NCBI RefSeq assembly: GCF_030028105.1
Contig: NC_092399.1
Location: 9,920,001-9,984,000 of the forward strand
Source: Mobula birostris
Taxonomy: Eukaryota
DNA length: 64,000 bases
Reading direction: 5' to 3'
In this document: positions 13,311 through 26,452 of the stretch, one piece after another
How the letters are laid out: every line of letters starts with the position of its first letter
Position numbering within the stretch: the stretch's first letter is position 1
Translations under genes and position numbers: made by a program
The notes under the pieces: generated by a model
Seen by the model: the letters and a program-made list of their open reading frames with translations, nothing else
Database searches by the model: none
What the model was told of the DNA's origin: nothing

Positions 13311-14584
13311 GTCTTGCTAAACAAGTTGGTCTGCCAGCGCATCGAGATTTCTGTGGAAGAATGCTGCCGCCTGATACATTTCAGAATGGGGAGGGACATA
13401 GAGGCAATGAAACATGGGGTTGTCTCCACAAGAGCTCGGTGGGGAAGGTCCAGACTGTGGCGTTCTTCTCCTACTGGAGAGCGAGGGGCCAGGTTGGGGG
13501 AGAAAGCCCCTCAATTATATCTGGAACAGTATACCACCCCAGAGTGGTAGCAGTGCCATGGATGTGCATTGACTATGAATGCAAATAATGAAAACGGTTT
13601 ATTCTTGTAAACATATTCCATTAATATATACAGTACTTATAAAAGTTTATATCGTTAAATGTGGGGAGCAACAGTCCGAGTGCAAGGTTTCGAGAGCAAT
13701 GCACACAAGTTCTGGAGGAACTCAGCAGGTCGGGCAGCACCTATGGAGAGGAATAAAGAGCCGACCATGGGGTTCACAGGACGCCTCTGTTAACGGTAGG
13801 GGTCCACGGCATAAAAATGGTTGGGAACCCCTATAGCTGACGGGCGTTTCAGACCGCCGCCCTTCATCAGGACAGTTTCGATCCGTGACGTTTGCAATTC
13901 CTTCCTTCCCTCCCACGCAGTTGCTGCTGAACCCGCTGAGCCCCCCCAGTAAAACAGATACAAGAGACTGCTGATACAAACACACACAACATCAGTGGAG
14001 GGAAATGGATGGTTGCTATTTCAACGGCTTGAACACGGTTTCAGGTTTCAGTTCTCTTGTATCTCGCCAGCGGATTACTCCCTACTGCTGCAACAAAGAA
14101 ATGTGCAGAATCAAATTTAATATCATCAGCATATGTCGTGACATTTGCTAACTTTACGGCAGCAGTACAATGCAATACATGATAAATATGGAGAAAAAAG
14201 ACTGAGTTACATTAAGTATACATATGTCTATTAAGTAGTAAGTTAAAGTAAGTAATGCAAAATAATAGAAATAATAAAAGTAGTGAGATAATGTTCATGG
14301 GTTCAATATCCGTTTAGGAATCGGATGGCAGAGGGGGAGAAGCTGTTTCTGAATCGCTGAGTGTGTACATTCAGGCTTCTGTACCTCCTTCCTGACGGTA
14401 ACAGCGTGAAGAGAGCATGTCCTGGGTGGTGAGGGTCGTTAATAATGGCCCCCACCTTCCTAAGGCACCGCTCCTTGAAGACGTCTTGGATACTACGGAG
14501 GCGAGTACCCACGACAGAGCCGACTAATTTTACAAGTTTCTGCAACTTTTTGGTGACTTTTGAAACAGTAATGTCATCATCCGG

Positions 14585-15475
14585 TATAGATAGAAAGATA
14601 CTTTATTAATCCCAAAGGAAATTACAGTATCACAGTGGCTTTACAGGTGCACAGATATACAAATATTAGAAGTAAGAAAGTATTAAAAAAAGTTGCCTCA
14701 AACAGTCGAACGGGGGGGGGGGGGTCATCACTTGCCCTGGCCGAGGGTTGGAATGGCCTCATACAGCGCTCTTTGGAGCAGCGCAGTTGTCTTTAGTCTA
14801 TTACAAAAAGCACTCCTCTGTTCAGCCAAGGTGGCATGCAGAGGGTGAGAATCATTGTCCAGAATTGTCAGGATTTTCCGTAGGGTCCTTTGTTCTGCCA
14901 CAGCCTCCAGTGTGTCCAGTTTGACTCCTATAACAGAACCAACCTTTCTAATTAGTTTGTTGGCATCACCCTTGCTGATGCCATTGCCCCAGCACATCGC
15001 TGCATAGAAGATTGTACTGGCGACAACAGACGAGTAGGACACGTGAAGGAGAGGCCTGCATACTTCAAAGGACCTCAGTCTCCTCAGGAAGTAGAGGTGA
15101 CTCTGGCCCTTCTTGTACACAGACTCTGTGTTGGTGGTCCACTCAGGTGCACCCCCAGGTCCTCACCACCGACAGTAACAGGGGCAGTGCTTCGTCTTCC
15201 TAAAGTCCATCATCATCTCCGTTGTCTCACTGATGTTCAGCTGCAGATGATTCAGCTTGCACCATTTGACAAAGTCCTGCACTAGGGCCTCATCCTCCCG
15301 CCCTCCCTGTATACATCCAACTATTGCTGAGTCATCAGAGAATTTCTGCAGATGACATGACTCAGTATGGGATCTAAAGTCCAAGGTATACAGGGCAAAC
15401 AGGAAGGGAGCCAATACAGTCCCCTGTGGGGTCCCAGTGCTGCTTATAACCATGTCTGACACACGGCTCTGAAGC
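14585..15475 (-). mobile_element. Rex-type LINE RT fragment
   Basis: TGTPQGTVLAPFLFALYT, LQKFSDDSAIVG, LYFLRRLRSF. Confidence 0.88.
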
Positions 15476-16140
15476 CTTGAGTATGGGGGGGGGGGGTTGC
15501 AGCTACTGCAAGGATCGAAATAAGCTGCAGAGAACTGTAAACGTAGTCATCTCCATTCGTAGTACATTTTCAAGGAGCAATGCCTCAAAAGGGCGGCGTC
15601 CATCATTAAGGACCCTGATTGCCACCATCGGGAAGGAAGTACAGAACTAAAGGCACAGAGTCAACGATTCGGGAACAGCTTCTTCCCCTTTTGCCATCAA
15701 ATTTCTGAATGGACATTGAACCCATGAACACTACCTCACTACTTTTTTTTATTTCTAGTTTTGCACTACTCTTTAAACTAATATATATTGTATAATATGC
15801 AAAACACGAATTCTAGTAAATATATATGTACACTTCCTGTAATTCTTGTTTTTTTTATTATTAGAAAACATTGTGCTGCTATTGTAAAGACAATAAATTG
15901 CACGGCATACGCCGGTGAAATGAAACCTGATTCTTAATTGCTGACACAACAATTCAGGCAAAGAAAACAGTTCACATATTGCATTAAAGACACTCAGTTA
16001 AAACCTGTAGCGTTAACTTTATATATCCCTGCACGGATCACTGCGTCTGTATTTCACCTTTCCAGGATTTTCCCCATCGATTTAATTCTAAATTGTGGCA
16101 AAACCACATGGCTTGAGGCTGGGACAAGCTACTGTACATG

Positions 16141-16410
16141 CCTGGCGGCGGGTAGTCACGTGTGCTGCGAGGCGGCCTGGCGGCGGGTAGTCACGTGTGC
16201 TGCGAGGCGGCCTGGCGGCGGGTAGTCACGTGTGCTGCGAGGCGGCCTGGCGGCGGGTGGTCACGTGTGCTGCGAGGCGGTCTGGCGGCGGGTGGTCACG
16301 TGTGTTGCGAGGCGGTCTGGCGGCGGGTGGTCACGTGTGCTGCGAGGCGGTCTGGCGGCTGGTAGTCACGTGTGCTGCGAGGCGGTCTGACGGCGGGTAG
16401 TCACGTGTGC
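16141..16410. repeat. 35-bp GC-rich minisatellite, about 7.7 copies, each with a GTCACGTG E-box
   Basis: Unit CCTGGCGGCGGGTAGTCACGTGTGCTGCGAGGCGG starts at 16141, 16176, 16211, 16246, 16281, 16316, 16351 and 16386 (partial). Confidence 0.98.
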
Positions 16411-16471
16411 CGTGACGCAGCCGCGCTCTCGGACTCGGAGACGGACGCCAGGCCCGGGCGGAGGAGACAAG

Positions 16472-16957
16472 ATGCCGAAGTATTACTGCGATTACTGTGA
16501 CACCTACCTCACTCACGACTCCCCGTCCGTCCGCAAGACGCACTGTGAGGGGCGCAAGCACAAGGAGAACGTCAAAGACTACTATCAGAAATGGATGGAG
16601 GAGCAGGCCCAGAGCCTCATCGACAAGACCACGGCCGCCTTCCGCCAGGGCAAAATCCCGCCCACGGCCCCCTTCCCGGCGCCGGCCGGGCCGCCCCCGG
16701 CTGGGGCCGCCATCCCACCTCCGCCTGGGAACATCGGAGTGCCGCCGCCGCGGCCCGCCATCCTGCCCGGACCCCCAATGGGAGGGCCGCCCATGATGCC
16801 GATGATGGGCCCGGCGCCTCCTGGTATGATGCTGGTGGGCCCGGGGATGAGACCGCCCATCAGCGGCCCGGTGCCCATGATGCCCGGCCCGATGATGGGG
16901 CCTCACCGGCCGATGGTGGTGCCTTCACGACCTGGATTAGTACGCTCGACCAGATAA
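16472..16957 (+). CDS. SNRPC: U1 snRNP protein C (U1C), intronless intact copy, probable retrogene, 161 aa
   Basis: [57 protein letters not shown] matrin-type zinc finger plus Pro/Met/Gly tail. The real ATG is at 16472 (the track starts at an upstream GTG). No introns, CpG-rich. Confidence 0.95.
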   Translation: MPKYYCDYCDTYLTHDSPSVRKTHCEGRKHKENVKDYYQKWMEEQAQSLIDKTTAAFRQGKIPPTAPFPAPAGPPPAGAAIPPPPGNIGVPPPRPAILPGPPMGGPPMMPMMGPAPPGMMLVGPGMRPPISGPVPMMPGPMMGPHRPMVVPSRPGLVRSTR

Positions 16958-17579
16958 GCAACGCCTGGACCAGGGACATTAGCCAGGGCGAAGTTTCACG
17001 CACCCTGAACCGAGACAATCGGACGGCAGCGCCGCCGTTTCAAAATCAGTTCTTTGACTCTTTTGTTACAGGGTCGAAGCAGGTCCTATGTATGTCGCCA
17101 TCTTCATTAAACAACCGAACTGTGAGCGGATTTCCAACTTGCAAGTTTGAATTAACGTGTACTGTCCAGTTCAGGGATTTACTGACGGACTGGAGGAAAG
17201 GGCTGGGTTGTGTGTTACTTTTTTAAGAAGCTGTACAATTGCTATTTCCCCCAGTGTATTTTTGAGATTCTAATTGTCCATTTATTCGGTGCCACATTAT
17301 TTTAGCCTGAAAATTTTAAAAAAATGTATGGTTGAAAATCCTTGTTCTGTTCAGGGTTTAAAACTTATACAGAGTTGAAGACCCCCAAATCCACAGGAAG
17401 TGATTTGACCCAACTATATAAGGCAATTAGTCAAAATATTGACGTTTTAAATTTGCCTTTTAAGCAGATGAATCAACTGACTGGAAAGCGTTGCTTGAAG
17501 TACACTGTTGTTGAAAGACACGAATTGGTTATACTTTGTTTTGAAATCTTGTAACATTGGATATAATTTTTTAGTTTGT

Positions 17580-17585
17580 AATAAA
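17580..17585 (+). terminator. Probable polyadenylation signal of the SNRPC copy
   Basis: AATAAA about 620 nt after the stop, preceded by TGTA and followed by GT/T-rich sequence. Confidence 0.55.
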
Positions 17586-20500
17586 CATTGTTTGGTTGAC
17601 CTAATTTTCTTTAACTGCTTGATATTTTGGCAGAAACTTGACTGGAACCATTAACCAATCGAAACAGCTTTGAATGAAGTGACAAGTGGGGATGGTAATC
17701 TCTGCTTTGGCAGTTGAACCCACAATCTTCCAGCACCGCATGATAAGTTGTTTAAAACAGTACCAATTCTCATCTGATTGTTTATGTATGAGATTCCCTC
17801 TTTATGAAGTGTATTTGAATTTCTAGCACTTGTATTTAACTGAAAGGGTAGTTTCTTCTGCTAAAAATGTGCAGAAAGTTCAACCATGCCATCAAAATTA
17901 AGGCATCTAGAGGAATGTTTCCAGCCAATATTTATTGTGGAACATTCTAATTAGTGTACCATGCTGTTTCCAATGAAATATGTTCATGCTTGACTCAATC
18001 ATAGCATCCACTTAAATCTACATCATCACAGTTCAAATCCAACTTCTGTTGAACGGTTGAATGAAATCTAGCCTGATAATGACATTGTGTTTGTTTGATG
18101 TAATGGAGATGGGAAGATTGTTATTCTTTGTCACTGACGTTCATATTTGAAGTTCGATAGAAAATCTTAACTTTAGTTAGATTTAAAATGGAAAAAAACA
18201 ACATTGCCATGAAACTCTTTGCTCTGCCATTCTTGCTGAAGCAATGTTGTATTTGAACAGGGGTTCCACCAAACTTTTATGCCACAGACCCCAAGTTGGG
18301 AAACCCTGTATTAGAAAAATATGGGCTCATTCCTTTGGAAACCAGGATTTGGTTGGCAAGAAACATGCATTTCCAGCAGCTGCAGACATTCTCTTGTTTG
18401 TGATTTGGTTGGCAAGAATTTGTTTTTGAGCTTTCACGAAGAGCGCAGTGGTTAGTGCAGCGTGATTACTGCTCGGGGCATTGACGTTCAATCCCGGCAA
18501 AGGAGTATGTGCTTCCTTCCCATGGATCATATGGGTTTTCTCTGGGGTGCTCCAGTCTCCTCCCACAGTCCAAAGATGTACCTATCAGTGGATTAATTGG
18601 TCATTGTAAACTGTCCTGTGATTAAGTTAGGGTTAAATTGGATGCCATTGGGAGTTGCTGAGTGACATGGCTTGAAGGGCCAGAAGGACCTATTCCGCAC
18701 TGTATCTAATTAAATAAGCAGCAGTACCTTATCAAGGCCACTTCTGAACCCTTTCTATAGTTAGTGAAATAGGATAACATTCTGAACAAAGATAAACTGT
18801 ACCATATTGAATTTACTTGTTAGCATTACATGCTTCACTTCATATTTAAGGCTTCTCATGAAATCTGTAGTCCTTTTCCCCCAATAATGAAATATATTAA
18901 TATTAAAAGTCAACTTTCCTAATGTATGTCACTAGATTGCATTTTCTTGTGGCTACTCCTGTGAGATAGTTAGCAAGGTACCAACATGGCTTGGGAAGAA
19001 TATTGTTCACTTTGTCTCTTGAGCACAATTCATTTCAACTGTTGGACCACCAGACCATGCAAAGAATGAATCAAAGCCTATCCCTGGTGTTTGCACTGTG
19101 ACTTGGTGCTCTTGACAGTTAAATGTATTCCCATTTAATCAGGTATTTGATGATTAACCAGTAGTTTTGGGTGTAGTGCTAGAGATGATGAACCAGAAGG
19201 CAAAGAGGTTGTTGAGTAGGTATATAAACATATGTAGAAAAAGGTACTGTAATTAAAAAAACATATTTTAATTTTGCTGTTCTTGATGCCTTGACTACTA
19301 GGATTGTAATAACAAAGGGGACACTAATAGGCAAAAGAAGATAAATATTTTTATGATGGCAAAAAACATCCCTTCTGACACTTTTTGCAAATAACGGAAT
19401 TAACATTACCAGAGGTTGCTCAGTACATTTTCTTCTCTAGAATGCTGTGGGTGATGGGCACTTTTCCTTTGCCCAAATGTTGGACTATTTGTCCATGTGG
19501 AGTCCTGCTGGGTCTTGTGCGTTGCTGTCTACACAGGTATTTCCACCATTGGTTAGCAAATGCAAAAGGGATTCTACTTACAATTATTTTTGGAAATTTC
19601 TAACATTGCTTTTGCATATTTTTAACAGCAGATTGGGCTGTAGCAATTGGAACTCACATGATGAAGGTACAAACAGCTTATGAGGGTAGTGTGAGCATGA
19701 AGCCTCACTATTGAGGGGGAAAAATAACTTAAAGGTTCAAAGTAAATTTATTATCAAAGTACATATGCCACTGGAAACAGCCCTAAGATTCATTTCCTTG
19801 TGGGCATAATCGTTAAATCTAATAACCATAGTAGAATCAATGAAAGGTTGCACCACCAGGGTGGACAACCGGTGTGTGAAAGACAAGAAACTGTTAATGC
19901 AAAAAGAAAATAAGTATTGAGAACATGAGATTAAAGGTCCTTGAAAGTGAATCTAGGTTGTTAGAACAGGTCAGTGATGAAACTTCAGTGAAGAAAAACT
20001 TTAAAATGATTTAAAAATGGAGTACGCATTTAAAACCATTGTCACTGGTAGCCATTATGTTTCTTTTTAACTCCTGGACAGGGTGTTGGTTATTGTAGTG
20101 TGAAGAATTTTTTGTTGCAACCTATGAAGGTTGTATCCTGTTACTTCAGCATTTTTCTGCAAAGTATTGGATGGTTTGTTGCTGTCCATTTATACATTAC
20201 ACAACTTTTTAATTTATAGTTTTTGTACCACAAAAATAACTCAAACCAACGTTAGTTTTAAAGTTGATATTTATTTAGAAATTAAATCGGGAACAACCAC
20301 ATCAAGAATTGTACATTAAAAATGCACTTTTGAGGAAATAATTGACTAGTTGGATCCTGATGAATGGTTACAACAAGATGCATGAAGTTTAAGACAAAAT
20401 TACACTTAAAGCCATTCCATTATTTGATTTGAATGAAGTTTAAAATGGATAACATTTAATGGTTTTGAAAATCTGTCAAACACGTAATATACAAGTCAGT

Positions 20501-21095
20501 GAACATATGAAAAGTGTATACTTGTTTCAGTTGTCACTGTCAGGGCATTCATTGATGAATCACAGCCTTGCCTTTCCCTAGCTTTCTCTTTCAATGGTTG
20601 ATATGTTCCTATCAGCAGAATTATAACTTAACATTCTTTCACCAGTTCTGTACATTTATATTTTCTACTTGTAATCTTTCGTCAGATTTAAATTCAACCC
20701 ATAATATAAACTGAGGCTGTTAGATTAAAATTTTGAAATAACTTTAGTGACCATCTTGAAAGATGAAAAATATTAAACTCAGTTGAATATTACTTCAACA
20801 AGAATCACAGAATTTAGCTAAAAAGTAAAAGTTAAAATTTAGCCTAAAGATTTTTTAAAAATGAAATTTGGAATTTAATCTTGTTTCCCAGTATACCATT
20901 TGATTAAATATAACAAAACTGTAGTGCATAACATAGCTGGAAGAAAACTCTACCGCATGTTGGCAATATTTAAACCAGTTGATAAACAAGGAGCAGGAAG
21001 AAGTTCAGAGCTGGTGTCCATTTCAAAATGGCTGGCTACGTTGAATGCCTGACAACTTTTTTTTAAACCTTTCACAACCCATTGTTGTAGTTTTA

Positions 21096-21196
21096 TCACT
21101 GTGAAACAAGGGTTTTAAAAGCAATGAATATGGACAGGAAAATGACTCCCAGAAGGCCAATGTATCCGTAGGACCCAGTCATTCTTCTCTCTGGCA
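21096..21196 (-). CDS. MGST3: MGST3-like exon 4 (VPERRMTGSYGYIGLLGVIFLSIFIAFKTLVSQ*)
   Basis: Phase-compatible with exon 3, TGA at 21098-21096. Spliced CDS is 453 nt (150 aa). Candidate AATAAA on minus at 20270-20275. Confidence 0.9.
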
Positions 21197-21458
21197 CTGT
21201 AAAGAAAAAGCAGATACTGGATGAACCACCATCTGTATTCTTAAACGTTTAATTATTTTTTTAAAATATAAATTGCAAGTTTTAGATGGTGTATGCTGAA
21301 TAGTTGGTGTTGTACGAAAATAGGAGCTTTATGGCTTGTGGACCAGTGTAGATCACTCTTTCGAAGCTACATACTGACCAAAGAGTGGGTAAAGAATCAA
21401 AGGCTACAGAATGGTTGGTGAATGTTTGGCAAAAAGGCTAGAATCACAATTACAAATA

Positions 21459-22497
21459 CAGTAGATTCTGGTTAATTGGGCCATTAGTTAATAGAGGCAG
21501 TCACTTATTTGGGCCAACAAGCTTCGGTCACATGCACTGGTGTGGCCACTTTGCCATGCTTAGAGTGAACAGTACTTAAATACCCTAAGTTGTGAGTGTT
21601 TGTGTTCAAAAAGCACTGATTTTATCACATAGTTGGCAAGAAATAAACAGTAAGAAAATTCAGAACTATTTTGGTCGCTGGTTTTCAGCATTCACATTTG
21701 GAGATGTCAAAAGTGTCCAGAAGTGAAAATTAAACTATTACAAGAGGTGACAACCAATGCACAAGTGGGGGACCCCATGGACACGTAGAGATAGGAGCGT
21801 GAAGACAAGGAGAGCCTGACCATTGTAGACTCCTCTCCCGGGTAATACCTTTTCTCTTCATTAACTGTTCATGAAGGGTCAGGGAATACTAGTGGGGGTG
21901 CACAGCTGTAGTCAGTTTGTGAACCCACGAGCATTTTAGTTGAGACAATAAAGGTTACTTGTTGGTATATAGAAACTCTCTGTGCTTCGATTATTATTAC
22001 TAAAGGGGTAGATCCTTATAATGAACGATTTCACTACTTCAACAAGCATGAAGAATTCGACAAAGATCCTTAAATTCTATGAAGATTTTAAAAGGTATTG
22101 ACGATCTTGAACATTACAATGAAAATAAAGATTAGAGGATGCAACCAATGGAAGGATTATATGAAGGTAGTCTTATCTACATGAGATGTCTATGATTGTT
22201 TATATACAGTCAAAAGAACACGGTGGTATACACTGGATGAATTCCATCGATAATTATTAGGAACTACTATAGTTTTGTAGCATTATTAGTCTCCAAATTT
22301 GTTTTACAGTTTTATAGCACTAGTAGCATTATTAGTCTCCAAATTTGTTTGTTCTTTTAATTTAAATACATAATCTGTTACCCAGTTAAATGGTTTTTTG
22401 AAAACTATTTCCATAAAAGTTCAGCTAAATGGGGCAGCTGCTTTATTGGGCCAAAATGCACTGGTCTCGATTTGTCTCAATTAACTGGAATCCACCA
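21459..22497. mobile_element. Tigger/pogo-like non-autonomous element in MGST3-like intron 3
   Basis: TA-flanked, imperfect TIRs CAGTAGATTCTGGTTAATTGGG / CTCAATTAACTGGAATCCACCA. Confidence 0.6.
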
Positions 22498-23391
22498 TAT
22501 TACGCATGTAGACTAGGAAAGGAAAATAAATTAAAATTGGCCAGATTAAAAATAACCACGAAAATATTTGTAAACACCAAAAAGACCAATAAATGGACAT
22601 TTTAGTATTACAAAAGGAAAAGAAACAAGAAAAAAACTTGATAAGTACTCTCAAGGTGATTAATACAATTTGAGTTTGATATCAATTTATCAATGTCAAT
22701 GATACAGAGATGGGAATGGGCAAATGTAACACAAGAAGTTGGAGGGAAACAACAAAAATAAGAGCTGATGAAATTGGGAGTAACTCAATGGCTGAAACAA
22801 GGAATAAATAAGCAGGGATAACAACCAATGGATAATTGGTATGTGCTCAGTTTGGATCAATGTGTGACCAATGATAATCTTTGGAGATGATGAATTTCAC
22901 CTTTTCATATTTATTTACGTTCATTCAATTGTTATCTGCTGTATTGTATGTATGATGTGGGAAATCATGGTCCTTACATGACCATGAGTGTTCTTGGCAA
23001 ATTTTTCTACCGAAGTGGTTTGCCATCTTCTGGGCAGTGTCTTTACAAGGGTGACCCCAGCCATTATCAATACTGTTCAGAGATTGTCTGCCTGGCATCA
23101 GTGATCGCATAACCAGGACTTGTGATGTGCACCAGCTGCTCATATGACCGCCACCTGCTCCCATGGCTTTACCTGACCATAATCCGGGAGGGCTAGGCAG
23201 GTACTACACCTTGCCCAAGGGTGACCTGCAGGCTCGCAGAGGTAAGGAGAGCCTTACATTTCCTTTGGTAAAGACACATTTGCTCCCTGCCACCCCACCT
23301 CTGGTATTAAGACATTTCAACCCTTGGAAAAACAGACTGTCTATCTATGCTGCTCAATCTTATAAACCTTTATCAGATCTCCCCTCAGCCA

Positions 23392-26300
23392 GTGCAGGGG
23401 GCAGGGATTCAGATTTCTGGAACTCTTTTGGGGCAGGTGTGACCTGTACAAAAAGGATGGGTTGCACTTGAATATGAGGGGGGCCAATATCCTGGCAGGG
23501 ACGTTTGCTACGGCTATTGGGGAGAGTTTAAACTTCACCGAACTGAAGAGACGGAGAAAGAGGCAGCTGGCTCACGAATAGAGAAAGCTTGTAGACCGTG
23601 CGAGAGGGAGGATAGGCAAGTGATAGAGAAGGGATGTGCTCAGTCCAATAGTTTGAGATGTGGCTATTTTAATGCAAGGAGTATTATGAACAAAGCAGAT
23701 GACCTTACAGCGTGGATCAGTACTTGGAGCTATGATGTTGTGGCCATTACAGAAACTTGGATGGCTCAGGGGCAGGAATGGTTACATAGAGTGCCAGGCT
23801 TTAGATGTTTCAGAATGGACAGGGAGGGAGGCAAAAGAGGCTGGGGTGCGGCACTGTCATTCAGAGATAGTGTCACAGCTGAGAAAAGGAGGGAGTCACG
23901 GAGGGATTATCTACGGAGTCTCTGTGGGTGGAACAGGAAAGGGTCAATAACTCTGAGTATTTTTTATAGACCACCCAATAGCAACAGGGACATCAAGGAG
24001 CAGATAGGGAGACAGATTCTGGAAAGGGGTAATAATAATAGGGTTGTCATGGTGGGAGATTTTAATTTCTCAAATATTGATTGGTATCTCCCTAGAGCAA
24101 GGGGTTTAGATGGCGTGGAGTTTGTTAGGTGTGTTCAGAAAGGTATCCTGACACAATATGTAGGTCTGTATTTGATCTGATATTGGGAAATGAACCTGGT
24201 CAGGTGTCAGATCTCTCAGTGGGAGAGCATTTTGGAGATAGTGATCACAATTCTATCTCCTTTACCATAGCACTGGAGAGGGATAGGCACCGACAAGTTA
24301 GGAAAGCGTTTAATTGGAGTAAGGGGAAATATGAGGCTCTCAGGCAGGCACTTGGAAGCATAAATTGGGAACAGATGTTCTCATGGAAATGTATGGAAGA
24401 AATGTGGCAATTATTCAGGGGATATTTGCGTGGAGTTCTGCATAGGTACGTTCCAATGAGACAGGGAAAGGATGGTAGGGTACAGGAACCGTGGTGTACA
24501 AAGGCTGTTGTAATTCTAGTCAAGAAGAAAAGCTTACGAAAGGTTAAAAAAACTAGGTAATGATAGAGATCTAGAGGATTATAAGGCTAGCAGGAAGGAG
24601 TTTAAGAATAACATTAGGAGAGCCAGAAGGGGCCATGAGAAGGCCTTGGCAGACAGGATTAAGGAAAAGCCCGAGGCATTCTACAAGTATGTGAAGAGCA
24701 AGAGAATAAGACGTGAGAGAATAGGACCAATTGAGTGTGACAGTGGAAAAGTGTGTATGGAACCGGAGGAGACAGCATAGGTACTTAATGAATACTTCGC
24801 TTCAGTATTCACTACGGAAAAGGATCTTGGTGATTGTCGGGATGACTTACAGCGGATGGAAAAGCTTGAGCATATAGACATTAAGAAAGAGGATGTGCTG
24901 GAGCATTTGGAGAGCATCAAGTTGAATAAGTCACCGGGACTGGACGAGATGTATCCCAGGCTGCTGTGGGAGGTGAGGGAGGAGATTGCTGAGCCTCTGG
25001 CGATGATCTTTGCATCATCAGTGGGGACAGGATAGGTTCCAGAAGATTGGAGGGTTGCAGGTATTGTTCCGTTAATCAAGAAAGCGAGTAGAGATAGCCC
25101 AGGAAATTATAGACTAGTGAGTCTTTCTTCAGTGGTTGGTAAGTTGATGGAAAAGATCCTGAGAGGCAGGATTTATGAACATTTGGAGAAGCATAATATG
25201 ATTAGGAATAGTCAGCATAGCTTTGTCAAAGGCAGGTTGTGCCTTACGAGCCTGATTGAATTTTTTGAAACACATTGATGAAGGTAGAGCAGTAGATGTA
25301 GTGTATATGGATTTCAGCAAGGCATTTAATAAGGTACCCCATGCAAGGCTTATTGAGAAAGTAAGGAGGCATGGGATCCAAGGGAACATTGCTTTGTGGA
25401 TCCAGTATTGGCTTTCTCATAGAAAGCATAGAGTGGTTTTAGACAAGTCATATCCTGCATGGAGGTCAGTCACCAGTGGTGTGTCTCAGGGATTTGTTCT
25501 GGGATCCCTACTCTTCGTGATTTTTATAAATCACCTGGATAAGGAAGTGGAGGGATGGGTTAGTAAATTTGCTGATGACACAAAGGTTGGGGGTGTTGTG
25601 GATAGTGTGGAGGGCTGTCAGAGGTTACAGTGGGACATCGACAGGATGCAAAACTGGGCTGAGAAGTGGCAGATGGGAGTTCAACCCAGATAAGTGTGAG
25701 GTGGTTCATTCTGGTAGGTCAAATATAATTGCAGAATATAATATTAATGGTAAGACTCCTGGCAGTATGGAGGATCAGAGGGATCTCGGGGTCCAAGTCC
25801 ATAGGACACTCAAAGCTGCTGTGCAGGTTGACTCTGTGGTTAAGAAGGCATTTGGTGCATTGGCCTTCATCAATCTTGGGATTGAGTTTAGGAGCCGGGA
25901 GGTAATGTTGCAGCTATATAGGACCCTGGTCAGATCCCACTTGGAGTACTGTGCTCATTTCTGGTCGCCTCACTACAGGAAGGATGTGGAAATCGTAGAA
26001 AGGGTGCACAGGTGATTTAAAAGGATGTTGCCAGGACTGGGGAGCATGCCTTATGAGAATAGGTTGAGTTTTCTTCTTGGAGTGATGGAGGATGAGAGGT
26101 GACCTGATAGAGGTGTACAAGATGATGAAAGGCATTGATCGTGTGGATAGTCAGAGGCTTTTTCCCCAGGGCTGAAAAGGAGAGGGCACGGTTTTAAGGT
26201 GCTTGGAAGTAGGTACAGAGGAGATGTAGGTTTTTTATGCAGAGAGTGGTGAGTGCGTGGAATGGGCTACCGGCAACGGTGGTGGAGGCGGATATGATAG

Positions 26301-26452
26301 GGTCTTTTAAGAGACTCCTGGATAGGTACATGGAGCTTAGAAAAATAGAGGGCTATGGGTAACCCTAGGTAATTTCTAAAGTAAAGACATGTTCAGCACA
26401 GCTTCGTGGGCCGAAGGGCCTGTATAGTGCTGTAGACTTTCTATGTTTTAGA
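23392..26452 (+). mobile_element. Long decayed CR1 LINE (ORF1 esterase remnant, APE endonuclease, RT) inserted in an older minus-strand CR1
   Basis: YFNARSI..K, VVAITETW, YRPPN, GDFN, DVVYMDFSKAF, KFADDTK, with frameshifts and stops; host CR1 remnants at about 23300-23391 and 26455-26790. Confidence 0.92.

Noticed and set aside
16141-16410. Possible CRISPR-like array
   Set aside because: Contiguous tandem units with no unique spacers, eukaryotic context, no cas genes
16331-17226. Overlapping alternative-frame ORFs (191, 211, 99 and 97 aa) over SNRPC
   Set aside because: Expected from very high GC content; no recognisable domains
20355-20390. CTGATGA as a hammerhead or snoRNA box
   Set aside because: No downstream GAAA core or stems, and no matching C/D partner
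21735-22020. Possible solo LTR inside the Tigger-like element
   Set aside because: AATAAA and composition are suggestive, but TG...CA ends and a TSD could not be confirmed
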